Shown: positions 1 to 8,691 of the stretch, piece by piece
How positions within the stretch are numbered: the stretch's first letter is position 1
Layout of the letters: each line of letters starts with the position of its first letter
Assembly: GCA_964618405.1 (NCBI GenBank)
Contig: CAZUAY010000001.1
Coordinates: forward strand, 1-42,659
Length of the DNA: 42,659 bases
DNA from: an uncultured Lentisphaerales bacterium
GTDB lineage: Bacteria; Verrucomicrobiota; Kiritimatiellia; RFP12; UBA3636
Reading direction: 5' to 3'
Notes under the pieces: generated by a model
Seen by the model: only the letters and a program-made list of their open reading frames with translations
What the model was told of the DNA's origin: nothing
The model's database searches: none
Program-made: the position numbers and the translations under genes

Positions 1-300
1 TTGTGAGTTGCGAGCTGGGAAAACTTTGTCGTGAGCTTTGTCGCTAACTTTGTCGAGAGAGTGGGATCTTTTAGACCGGATTACAAGATTTTCCGGATGC
101 AGTGTTGGGAGAAGTTGTGAGTTGCGAGTGGGCGAGCCTGTAGCCGCGATCGGTGATCGCGGACGATTCCGGCCTCGCCGAGGCCAGCCACAGGGGAGAA
201 AAACCTGTAGCCGTTGATGATCGGTCAATGAGTCGTGAATGCGTCCCCAGTCGCTGACCGATTACAGTCGCGAGTCGTGAGTGGACTTGACAGATCTGGG
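1..300. repeat. Mosaic intergenic repeat locus A
   Basis: No credible CDS here. Contains CTTTGTCG words at a 12-bp period (24-31, 36-43, 48-55). GAGAAGTTGTGAGTTGCGAG lies at 109-128. Hairpin CCGCGATC-GGT-GATCGCGG at 144-162 and hairpin GGCCTC-GCC-GAGGCC at 171-185. A 47-bp module at 154-200 recurs at 42059-42105. CTGACCGATTAC at 254-265 is followed by AGTCGCG/AGTCGTG/AGTGGAC heptads. Confidence 0.8.
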
Positions 301-395
301 TTTTCGGCGTGTTTTTCTCGTCGCCGCGAGCCTATCTTATGCGGAGATCTCTCGTTTGTAATGAGCTTGGCTCGGCCATCTTTGCCAGTCAAGCC

Positions 396-1013
396 TTAAA
401 CGAGTCTTTGGAAAAAATCATTCATTTCGGTGATGCGCGATTCCAAGGTGAGGCGGGAGCTTTCGAAGTTAAGCGAGCGCCTCGCATCGGCGCGCCAGGT
501 CACCATGCGTGGGGCTTCGAACCATTCTTGGCGCGCGAGGGCGGGGGAGAATTTCTTCTGCACCGCCCAGTGCATGGAAAGCCAGATTCCTGGAATGCCG
601 AAATGATCGAGGACATCGGCATCTTGTACAACCAAGATTTCCGTGCTCCACAAGGGTTTTGCTTTGTTTGCAAACCATCTGCTGTTGGGGCGTTCATAGT
701 GGTGTTCCACAATTTCAGCGACCTTGGTTCGTTCGTCAGGCGTCATCAAGTCGGCAAACAGCTCCTTCACCATCTGGGCTCCCCGACCGCCGTGCGATTC
801 GCCTGGGGCGGCACTGGACTTACCGATGTCGTGCATGAGTGCGCCGAGGGCGAGAGCTTCGCGGTCGACAGTAAGTCCCTCGGTATCGGCAATCTCCATG
901 CAGAGCGTCGCCGTTCGTCCTCCGTGGTGGAGTCGATATCCGGGCTCGTAGGGTAGCTCGATGGTGTCGGCCATCAGTTCGACCGCTCGTTCTCGGATTG
1001 CATCTGTATTCAT
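396..1013 (-). CDS. HD-domain metal-dependent phosphohydrolase
   Basis: 205-aa ORF. Contains the H...HD signature (LHHGGRTATL ... LMHDIGK) plus a later VQDADVLDH motif. Overlaps the upstream gene's stop by 4 bp, so it is probably an operon member. Confidence 0.8.
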   Translation of the reverse strand: MNTDAIRERAVELMADTIELPYEPGYRLHHGGRTATLCMEIADTEGLTVDREALALGALMHDIGKSSAAPGESHGGRGAQMVKELFADLMTPDERTKVAEIVEHHYERPNSRWFANKAKPLWSTEILVVQDADVLDHFGIPGIWLSMHWAVQKKFSPALARQEWFEAPRMVTWRADARRSLNFESSRLTLESRITEMNDFFQRLV

Positions 1014-1774
1014 AGCGCGTCGTACTCCCCCCGTACTACATGCCCTGCGATCGCCAGTGCCGACACGACGTTGAGAGAGTTTTTGATTCCACGCGCTTGA
1101 ATAATCACGGCCTCATCTACCATTTCGACGATTTCGGGATCGAGACCAAAGCGTTCATTGCCTACGATCAAGGCAGCGGGGAATTCATAGGCACACGCAG
1201 TCACATCCTGCGCCCACTCAATGGTTTCGAGTGCGTAGAGGTGAATGCCGTTTTGATGAAGCTCGGTCAGAGCATCACGGATGTTTTCAAACCAGCGCCA
1301 CGAGACCATCTTCTCCGCACCCATGGCAGACCGTGCCACGTGCGGATGCTCCGGTGTGGCAGAGTACCCACACAGCCACAAGGCCTCTGCGCCGAGGAAC
1401 TCGGCCGTCCTAAACAGGCCGCCGATGTTGACCGCCGAGCGGATATTATCGGCTACCACGATGAGCGGGAAGGTAGCGGGTCCGACGGCGTAGGAGTCGT
1501 GTGAGGTTATGCCCATATCGGCATCGGTGATGCGTTCGCGCGCCGCGACGCGCTCCACCGGCACGAGAACGCAAAGCAATTGCTTGTCCGTAATCCCGGG
1601 CATCAGAAGGCGAGCCAGCTTTTGAAGGCGTTCGACGACGGATCCCGCAAAGAAATCATGCGCCTCGTTGATTCGCCCGACCCGAGCAGCGGCATTCTCC
1701 GGCAACGCCGCAATCTGTCGCAGCAGACGCAGCGCTATTTTCCAATCGCGTGGAGTGTCGGGTTTATTCTGCAT
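1010..1774 (-). CDS. SpoU/TrmH-family RNA 2'-O-methyltransferase
   Basis: 254-aa ORF. Carries SPOUT motifs NIGGLFRTAEFLGA, LIVGNERFGL and SLNVVSALAI. Confidence 0.85.
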   Translation of the reverse strand: MQNKPDTPRDWKIALRLLRQIAALPENAAARVGRINEAHDFFAGSVVERLQKLARLLMPGITDKQLLCVLVPVERVAARERITDADMGITSHDSYAVGPATFPLIVVADNIRSAVNIGGLFRTAEFLGAEALWLCGYSATPEHPHVARSAMGAEKMVSWRWFENIRDALTELHQNGIHLYALETIEWAQDVTACAYEFPAALIVGNERFGLDPEIVEMVDEAVIIQARGIKNSLNVVSALAIAGHVVRGEYDAL

Positions 1775-1783
1775 GGCGATAAA

Positions 1784-2950
1784 TTAAATCAACTTGTAGG
1801 TTTTGGGCAGGCCAAAGAAGAGTTCTGGGATTTTTGTCGAAACAATTTTAAAAAATGGGCCTTTCTCAACAACACGTTGGTTCTCTTTCCGTTTGATCAA
1901 ATGGTCGAGTGTGATGTCGCCTGAAGACAGGAGCCTTTCAAACTGCGGAACATTGGGGCGGCGCGTATGCATAACGGAGTTTAACTTGAAACATTCCGTC
2001 CCTTTGATTATTTCCGTGGTGGCATTAATCCAAAAGGTTTCGTTATGCTTCTGTTGAAGTTTTTTCTCCAATGTTTCAATTCGCCAAATAGCCACGGGAA
2101 CATCGGACTTACTTGTTCTGTGAAGTTCATTCAGCAATCTTCCAACTTCGTCGACGGAGAGGACTAAATTTTGACTGTTGGCATGTTTTGTAGAGACAGT
2201 GCAGTACAATCGGAAAACAGATTCACGCCAGTATCCGAATTTGTCGAGAATTTCAGAAGAACTTTTACACTGGCTGATTTTCCAGTCTGGAACACAGGCG
2301 AAAAGTGAATTTCGCGTAGTTGATTTTTCTCTTTTCGCTTTGAGTTCAATCCCTTTATAGTCTGGCAGACAGCTTGAATTGATAGCGATCCCAAGAGCAG
2401 TCTCAACACTTCTTCCTATGGCGGTGCTACCCTTGCAGGTTGCGGGAATCGGGTTCTTAGCGATTTCTTTCAGCATCGCAAGAAGTTCAAGAGCAACTGC
2501 GGATTTTTCGGCAAGAGCGTTCTTAAAATAAGTCGATACAAATGGGCTTGAAAAGTCAAGCGTGCTCAGATTGACCGCATGAAGCTTTCTTTCATGCATG
2601 AAAAGGGCTAAGACATTGTCGCCTTGTATATATTTCCTCGAATTTAAAAACCAAAGACGCGGATCCCCTTTTTTGCTTGCAGGTCTATAGAACGACATGC
2701 TGAGTGTGTCAACGCCCTGAGAATGCACCATTGCAATATCTTTTACAATTTTGTTTTCAGGCCTTTGACCTTGTTGAGAATAGTCATGGATTGCATTCTT
2801 GAAAAGAAAAGCGCGAATTGGAGCGGTCGCATCGCAAATCGATTTCTCAAAACCTGTTCGTGTAAGAAAAAGGAGTACGCTTTCCAACTGGCACTCATTA
2901 AGTTTTGCGAGATTAACGGCTTCGGTTTGCGACAGTGTTCGTTCGCTCAT
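1784..2950 (-). CDS. Type II restriction endonuclease: MvaI/BcnI (MutH-like) catalytic domain with an extra N-terminal domain
   Basis: 388-aa ORF that overlaps the C5-MTase gene by 38 bp. The C-terminal half has the pattern GSTAIGRSVETALGI..LPDYKGIELKAKR...SLFACVPDW...EKGPFFKI. This parallels BcnI as I recall it (VGQILERQFGV..LGDLGEFELKG...LTLFHKKP...RGPHLRI). The first ~170 aa have no match I can name. The DNA is visibly more AT-rich than its flanks. Confidence 0.7.
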   Translation of the reverse strand: MSERTLSQTEAVNLAKLNECQLESVLLFLTRTGFEKSICDATAPIRAFLFKNAIHDYSQQGQRPENKIVKDIAMVHSQGVDTLSMSFYRPASKKGDPRLWFLNSRKYIQGDNVLALFMHERKLHAVNLSTLDFSSPFVSTYFKNALAEKSAVALELLAMLKEIAKNPIPATCKGSTAIGRSVETALGIAINSSCLPDYKGIELKAKREKSTTRNSLFACVPDWKISQCKSSSEILDKFGYWRESVFRLYCTVSTKHANSQNLVLSVDEVGRLLNELHRTSKSDVPVAIWRIETLEKKLQQKHNETFWINATTEIIKGTECFKLNSVMHTRRPNVPQFERLLSSGDITLDHLIKRKENQRVVEKGPFFKIVSTKIPELFFGLPKTYKLI

Positions 2951-4259
2951 TTTCTACCTCGATTTCATGACTTAGAATTTTGGCGAAATGTTCCCCAACT
3001 CGTCTTGCAAGAAGAACAGGGACAGCGTTCCCAATTTGCGTATAGCGAGGTACATCGCGTGTCCAGATCCCCGCTGAGGGGTCGCCTGCACGCCTACGCC
3101 CACCGGTTGTTCTGGCTCCTTTGAAAATATACCAATCAGGAAAAGTTTGAATTCTTGCCCATTCTCTCACGGTGGGCCCGCGCGGTTGTTCATAATGGAC
3201 GTAGTCTTCAGGCAGTGAACATGCCGTTATATTCGGGCCATCATTTCCCCAAGTGGTCGGGAAGACGCGCTGGGCAAATTTCTTCGTTTTCTTGTCCTCT
3301 GGAATCTCCCCGTTGTTCGCAATCATGTAGGCAAATTTTTCGCGAATATAGTCCGAGTGGTTCGAATATTCCTGCTCTGAAAGTGGTGCTCCTTTGCCCA
3401 TAATTTTTCCTGATGGCAAAGTCCGCAATTCCTTCTGGATTTGACTTTGAGGAGCGCTACCATAGTGAGTCGTGGCTTTTTTACTCAAATAGTTTGGGTC
3501 GACTAGGTCTGAAAGAAGTTCGACTAGAGTGGGCGCATTGCCCGACGGCTTGGGAAGGTACCCGCATTTGACCGCTGTTGGATTGTCAAAGGTTACCGAT
3601 TCATTTTCATCTTCGAGAAGCATCATTTGTGTTTCTGGATGCAAGATGTCGTATCGAATTCCTACCATTAAAATGCGGGGTCTGTTTTGAGGAACGCCAT
3701 AGTCCTTTGAATGGATCAGGTTCCACCGTACAGAGTAGCCCGGGATGGACTTAAATTCATTGAGAACATCTCGGAATACTTCGCCATTGGTTCCGGCCGC
3801 ATCCCATTTGGAGTTAATCAAACCGCGGACATTCTCGAAGAGGAACATCTTTGGCTTGATACATCGGATAACTCGTGCCATTTCTTGAAATAAATGATTT
3901 GAGGGAATATCCTTCTTGTCGAGGTTGAACGTTCTACGATGCCCGATGCCACTAAATCCCTGACAGGGCGGTCCTCCGCAGACCAGATCAATATCTGTAA
4001 TGCCTTTGTTATATTTCCAATACAGCTTTAGAATTTCCAGATTAGCATCCGTGAGGCTATAGATATCTCCGACAGGAATAATATCTTTCCCTTCTCGGTT
4101 GGCGATATAGGTTTCAGCAGCATTCGCGTTGAGTTCGCTAAAAAGTAGCGGCGTGAATCCGGCCTGTTCGAGCCCAAGCGAGAGGCCTCCACATCCAGAA
4201 AATAAATCGATGCAGTAACGCGGGGCTTTCGTTTGGGATTCTTGATCGTATGCACTCAT
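2913..4259 (-). CDS. DNA (cytosine-5)-methyltransferase
   Basis: 448-aa ORF with the canonical C5-MTase motifs: I DLFSGCGG, IV GGPPCQGFS, VI ENV, VIII QNRPR, X GNAVP. Confidence 0.95.
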   Translation of the reverse strand: MSAYDQESQTKAPRYCIDLFSGCGGLSLGLEQAGFTPLLFSELNANAAETYIANREGKDIIPVGDIYSLTDANLEILKLYWKYNKGITDIDLVCGGPPCQGFSGIGHRRTFNLDKKDIPSNHLFQEMARVIRCIKPKMFLFENVRGLINSKWDAAGTNGEVFRDVLNEFKSIPGYSVRWNLIHSKDYGVPQNRPRILMVGIRYDILHPETQMMLLEDENESVTFDNPTAVKCGYLPKPSGNAPTLVELLSDLVDPNYLSKKATTHYGSAPQSQIQKELRTLPSGKIMGKGAPLSEQEYSNHSDYIREKFAYMIANNGEIPEDKKTKKFAQRVFPTTWGNDGPNITACSLPEDYVHYEQPRGPTVREWARIQTFPDWYIFKGARTTGGRRRAGDPSAGIWTRDVPRYTQIGNAVPVLLARRVGEHFAKILSHEIEVENERTNTVANRSR

Positions 4260-4268
4260 GAGGATGGC

Positions 4269-6290
4269 CTAGCCGATAGGGTCGCCAGGTTTGGCATTGC
4301 CGGCGGGGGAGATGACGCAGAGTTTCGAGGTGTCGGAGCCGGCGGAGAGCACCATGCCTTCGGAGATGCCGAAGCGCATCTTGCGGGGCTTGAGGTTGGC
4401 GAGCAGCACCACGAGTTTGCCGTTGAGCACCGTGGGGTCTGGGTAAGAAGCACGGATGCCGGAGAACACGTTGCGCGTGCCGAGCGGGCCGAGGCTGAGC
4501 GTGAGTTGGATCAACTTGTCGGAGCCTTCAACGGTTGTGGCGTTTTCGACACGCGCGACGCGCATATCGGAAGCGGCGAAGGCGCCGATTTCGATTTCGG
4601 ATTTTAAGGGCTCAACGGCGGGTTCGGCGGCAACCGGCACGTCGGTCACTTCTGGTTTGGACGCTTCTACCATGCCTGCGACGTGTTCGGGCAGAACGCG
4701 GACGGCGAGGTATTCGTAAGGAGCGACGGCGCGATTTTCGAGGACAACCTTCAGCGATTCCCACGTGTAGGAATCTTCCCCGAAAAGCTTTTCAACCTTT
4801 GTGGCATAGTGCGGAAGAATCGGTTTTAGGTAAATGGCGAGAAGGCGGAAGAGGTTGAGAATCGTGGTGAGCACCTTGCGCGTGGCTTCTGCATCGGTCT
4901 TGATCGTCTTCCAAGGTTGCACGGCATCGAAGTATTCGTTCGCGGCATCGGCGAGCTTGCAGACCTCTACAGGAACTTGCGAGAAGCGGCGGGCTTCGTA
5001 GTGTTCCGCAATGATGTCGGCTCTGGAGAGAAACATCGCGACGAGTCTTTTGCCGTCTTCATCCATTACGCCCATGGTGCCATCAAGGCTTTTGTGGAGC
5101 ATCTGAGCGCCGCGCGAGGCGAGGTTGGTGATCTTGCCCACAAGGTCGCTGTTGACGCGCTGCGAGAAGTCGTCGAGGCTGAGGTCGACATCGTCTGTGG
5201 TATTGTTGATCTTGCAGGCGTAGTAGTAGCGGAGGAAGGCGGGGTCGAGGTGATCGAGATAGGTTCGCGCATTGATGAAGGTGCCGCGCGACTTGCTCAT
5301 TTTCTCGCCATTGACCGTCAGAAAGCCGTGGACAAAAACTTGGTCGGGGCCCTTGAAGTCGGCCGCATGCAGCATCGCGGGCCAGAAGAGGCAGTGGAAG
5401 CGCACGATGTCTTTACCGATGAAGTGATACAATTCCGCATCGGGGTTATTCCACCAGCGATCGAATTTCTCGCCGTTCTTGAGGCACCAATTCAGGAGCG
5501 AAGCCATGTAGCCGACGGGAGCGTCGAGCCAGACATAGAAGAACTTGCCGGGGTGGTCTGGAATTTCGAATCCAAAGTAGGGGGCATCGCGCGAAATATC
5601 CCACGGCAAGAGCTTGGCATCATCGGAAAACCATTCGAGAAGTTTATTCGCGACGTCTGTGGCGACGTGTTTGGACAGCCAGTTCTTGAGGTAGTTGCGG
5701 AACTGATCGACATCGAAGAAGATGTGCTCGCTGTTGCGCTCTTCGGGCTTGGCCTTGCCGCAGACCGCGCAGTGGGCGTCCTTCATTTCGATGGGGGCGT
5801 AGGTGGCACCGCACTTCTCGCAGGAGTCGCCATACTGGTCGGGGGCGTCGCACTTGGGGCAGGTGCCGCGGACAAAACGGTCGGGCAAGAACATCTTGTC
5901 GTCGGGGCAGTAGAGCTGGGGGATGTCTTTGCAAAACAGAGCGCCGTTTTTCTCGAGACGTTTGAAGATCGTGTTGCAGAAGTCTCGGTTTTCGGGCGAG
6001 TTCGTGGTGTAAAAATTATCGAACTCGATTTGGAAATCGGCGAAATCTTTTGTGTGGCGTACGTAGCTGGCTTCGATCAACTCCTCTGGCGTGATCCCGT
6101 CCTTTCGGGCGCGGATCATGATGGGCGTGCCGTGGGTATCGTCGGCGCAAATATAGAGGCATTCGTGGCCACGCATTTTTTGGAAGCGCACCCAAAAGTC
6201 GGTCTGGAGGTATTCGACCAGATGACCAAGATGGATATCTCCATTGGCGTAGGGAAGGGCTGCGGTGACGACGATGCGGCGTTTTTGCAT
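4269..6290 (-). CDS. metG: Methionine--tRNA ligase with C-terminal tRNA-binding (Trbp111/EMAP-like) domain
   Basis: 673 aa. HIGH-type motif (DIHLGHL), KMSKS motif and Zn knuckles (CPKC..CEKC, CAVC). Confidence 0.97.
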   Translation of the reverse strand: MQKRRIVVTAALPYANGDIHLGHLVEYLQTDFWVRFQKMRGHECLYICADDTHGTPIMIRARKDGITPEELIEASYVRHTKDFADFQIEFDNFYTTNSPENRDFCNTIFKRLEKNGALFCKDIPQLYCPDDKMFLPDRFVRGTCPKCDAPDQYGDSCEKCGATYAPIEMKDAHCAVCGKAKPEERNSEHIFFDVDQFRNYLKNWLSKHVATDVANKLLEWFSDDAKLLPWDISRDAPYFGFEIPDHPGKFFYVWLDAPVGYMASLLNWCLKNGEKFDRWWNNPDAELYHFIGKDIVRFHCLFWPAMLHAADFKGPDQVFVHGFLTVNGEKMSKSRGTFINARTYLDHLDPAFLRYYYACKINNTTDDVDLSLDDFSQRVNSDLVGKITNLASRGAQMLHKSLDGTMGVMDEDGKRLVAMFLSRADIIAEHYEARRFSQVPVEVCKLADAANEYFDAVQPWKTIKTDAEATRKVLTTILNLFRLLAIYLKPILPHYATKVEKLFGEDSYTWESLKVVLENRAVAPYEYLAVRVLPEHVAGMVEASKPEVTDVPVAAEPAVEPLKSEIEIGAFAASDMRVARVENATTVEGSDKLIQLTLSLGPLGTRNVFSGIRASYPDPTVLNGKLVVLLANLKPRKMRFGISEGMVLSAGSDTSKLCVISPAGNAKPGDPIG

Positions 6291-6375
6291 AGTGGGAATC
6301 CTGTATTCTGATAACGTTTATAAGCGTGCGTAATCGTATCAAAAGCAGCACGAGAAGTCAAAAACGCCGAATCCT

Positions 6376-8211
6376 TTATTTGAGGGGATTCGTGGTGAGG
6401 TCATTTGAGAGCAAGGCGACATCCTCGGGGGAAGCCATGAAAACAGCATCCAACCCCTTGACTTTGATAGGGGCAGAGCCATCGGCGAGGATGTTGCCGA
6501 CGAGTACGATCACGACAGGAGTTTCTGGTATTTTCGTTGTGATGATGAATTCGATCGATGCTGGGTTGAGGCCGTATCCGTTGGTGTCCGGCGAGAACAG
6601 GGTCGATACGCGTAGCGCTTTGAAGTTAGCAAATAGCCTAGCAAGGGCATCGAGAGAAGTCTTGTTTGCGACAATGGGGAGTGGTTTCGCGGAGAACCAT
6701 TGGCCATCACGACCGAGAATGGCGGTCTCTTCGCGGGATCCTACGCGGCGTGTGATAGCGGAGAGCATTTCGGTTGGAATCGATGAAATTGTTTTATCGC
6801 GCATCGAGGCGAACCAAGCAGGCTCGAGGAAGTTTGTGGGAAGACTATCTGCGGGGATTCGATGCCGGAGTTTCCTTTCAGGAACGGAAATTTCGAATGC
6901 AACGGTTTTCCCGTCTGCATCTCGTTTGACAGTTGCAAATGCTCTTATGATTTCAAGCGGTGGAACGGGTGTGATTTCGATCTTAACAGTTTCGATACCC
7001 CCTTTCTCAAGAGTTTGCGCTTCTTCCTCAGATAGGGTTGTGACGTTTTGATCTTCGATGTGAAGAAGTTCTTCGAGAAATTTTGCGGCGGCCTTCTGAT
7101 CGACGGGTTGGTTGGACGGACGTGAGATCGTCCACGCCGTGAGGGTGTTGTTGAGGTGCATGGCGAATGAGGTGTTCGCGCTGTTGCAAGAGATCGAGAT
7201 CACTTCGGAAGTGAGAAGCGGGAAGATACGGCGTTCGCGGAGGACGTCGGCATCCAGTTGCAGTGCATCAATGATAATTTTGCTAACGGTGAAAATGCTG
7301 TTGTCTAGAGACGAGACAACAAAGATCGAATCAGGTGAGTCAGGGTCGAGACCTCCGAAATTAAAGGTGACAGTCGATTCGTCGGCGAACTTGATGCTTG
7401 CGATGAGTTTAGACTCGTCTGCTGAGATTCCTAGTGAGGTGCAGGCATCTTCAAGTAGGTCGTTGCCTGTCTGACGCTTCGATGGAGTCCAGACGAACTT
7501 TTCGATGGTGGCGTTCGCCAAGGATCCTAGGAGTGCGTTGACGGCTGGCATGGAGGCACTAATCTCGAGAGGACTTGTCATTTTCCAGCTCGAACCTGTT
7601 TTCATGAGCTTGACAAGGCTTTTGCCTGGCTGGCGTATTTCGATGCCATTAATGTCCTGAGATACTGGGACGAGCGCTCGGTCTCGGAAGTCCTCGACAG
7701 ACGTTGGGAGGAGGTCTAGGAGCATTCTATCGACAATATAGACGTCGTATGAGCCAGAGGCCATGACGAAGACTCCATCGCCAGCCGGTGTGTCCGCACC
7801 CATGCTCAGGGTCGATGTGCCGTCACGTCCTTCTAATGAGACGACGGCCTTTGGGCTGATAAGACCATAATCAACCAGACCCAGGCCTCGGTTTTTCCTC
7901 TGCCGCAGGGAAACGCGGTCGCGCGGGGTTGTTCGAGCGATCGTCTCAAGCATAAAATCGATTTGACTTGAATCAGCTCTGCACTGAATCGGTTCCTTGA
8001 TTTCCCATTGATTCTGGTGTCGCGAAAATTTGATCGTGGTGTTAGGGACTTTTATGGTGATTTGGTCTGTGCGGGTGATTTCACCGGAAAAAATGGAAGA
8101 CGGAATTGCGCCGAGGCCACCCGATGGAAGATGCCGCTTCTCGAACCACGCAGCGGCCGATACCAAGGCGAGAAGAATGAAGAGCCACAAGGTAGTTTTG
8201 CTCGAAAGCAT
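6376..8211 (-). CDS. Membrane-anchored hypothetical protein (possibly DUF4340-like)
   Basis: 611-aa ORF with a single N-terminal TM/signal-anchor (TLWLFILLALVSAAAWF). The rest looks like repeated beta-rich modules. The family assignment is only a guess from architecture. Confidence 0.6.
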   Translation of the reverse strand: MLSSKTTLWLFILLALVSAAAWFEKRHLPSGGLGAIPSSIFSGEITRTDQITIKVPNTTIKFSRHQNQWEIKEPIQCRADSSQIDFMLETIARTTPRDRVSLRQRKNRGLGLVDYGLISPKAVVSLEGRDGTSTLSMGADTPAGDGVFVMASGSYDVYIVDRMLLDLLPTSVEDFRDRALVPVSQDINGIEIRQPGKSLVKLMKTGSSWKMTSPLEISASMPAVNALLGSLANATIEKFVWTPSKRQTGNDLLEDACTSLGISADESKLIASIKFADESTVTFNFGGLDPDSPDSIFVVSSLDNSIFTVSKIIIDALQLDADVLRERRIFPLLTSEVISISCNSANTSFAMHLNNTLTAWTISRPSNQPVDQKAAAKFLEELLHIEDQNVTTLSEEEAQTLEKGGIETVKIEITPVPPLEIIRAFATVKRDADGKTVAFEISVPERKLRHRIPADSLPTNFLEPAWFASMRDKTISSIPTEMLSAITRRVGSREETAILGRDGQWFSAKPLPIVANKTSLDALARLFANFKALRVSTLFSPDTNGYGLNPASIEFIITTKIPETPVVIVLVGNILADGSAPIKVKGLDAVFMASPEDVALLSNDLTTNPLK

Positions 8212-8216
8212 GTCGC

Positions 8217-8669
8217 TCAGTTCCGTCTTTCAGAAATGAAGGTTTGGATGAAGTAGACCAGAATGCCAAGGAAAATGGCTGTGTCCGCGATATTGAACGT
8301 AGGGAACGTGTAGACCGTAGACCAGTGAAAGTCTAGAAAATCGATAACGGCTCCACACTTCAGGCGATCGATCAAATTGCCGATGATGCCGCCTGTCAAA
8401 AGTCCTATTCCGATCTGTGCAAGGCGGCCGGACTTGGTGAATTCAGCGCGATTATACCAGAGGAGGCCCAGCATGCTAACGGAGACGCTGACTAGCAGCG
8501 CTCGCTGTCCGGAGAGCATTCCCCAAGCCGCACCGGTGTTAAACACTCTGCGCAGACTGAAAAAACCAGGAATTATCGTGAGGTGATCGTAAGCACCCAA
8601 TTTAATGCAGACCAGCCATTTTGTTAGCTGGTCAAGAAAAGTCACGATTATTGTTAGGGCGAGCAACAT
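8217..8669 (-). CDS. lspA: Lipoprotein signal peptidase (signal peptidase II)
   Basis: 150 aa with four TM segments. Motifs NTGAAWG, IDF and FNIAD. Confidence 0.92.
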   Translation of the reverse strand: MLLALTIIVTFLDQLTKWLVCIKLGAYDHLTIIPGFFSLRRVFNTGAAWGMLSGQRALLVSVSVSMLGLLWYNRAEFTKSGRLAQIGIGLLTGGIIGNLIDRLKCGAVIDFLDFHWSTVYTFPTFNIADTAIFLGILVYFIQTFISERRN

Positions 8670-8691
8670 GTCGGTGCGCAGTTCCAGCAGG

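Noticed and set aside
309-956. 215-aa + strand ORF
   Set aside because: It is antisense to the HD-domain gene, and its 5' end runs into repeat locus A. It contains no motifs.
4917-6311. 464-aa ORF on the + strand
   Set aside because: It is entirely antisense to metG, which has unambiguous synthetase motifs. Its composition is the Val/Gly/Ala-rich pattern typical of a shadow ORF in GC-rich DNA.
6326-7051. 241-aa + strand ORF
   Set aside because: It is antisense to the 611-aa membrane-anchored protein gene. That gene has a clear N-terminal TM segment and a consistent frame over 1.8 kb.
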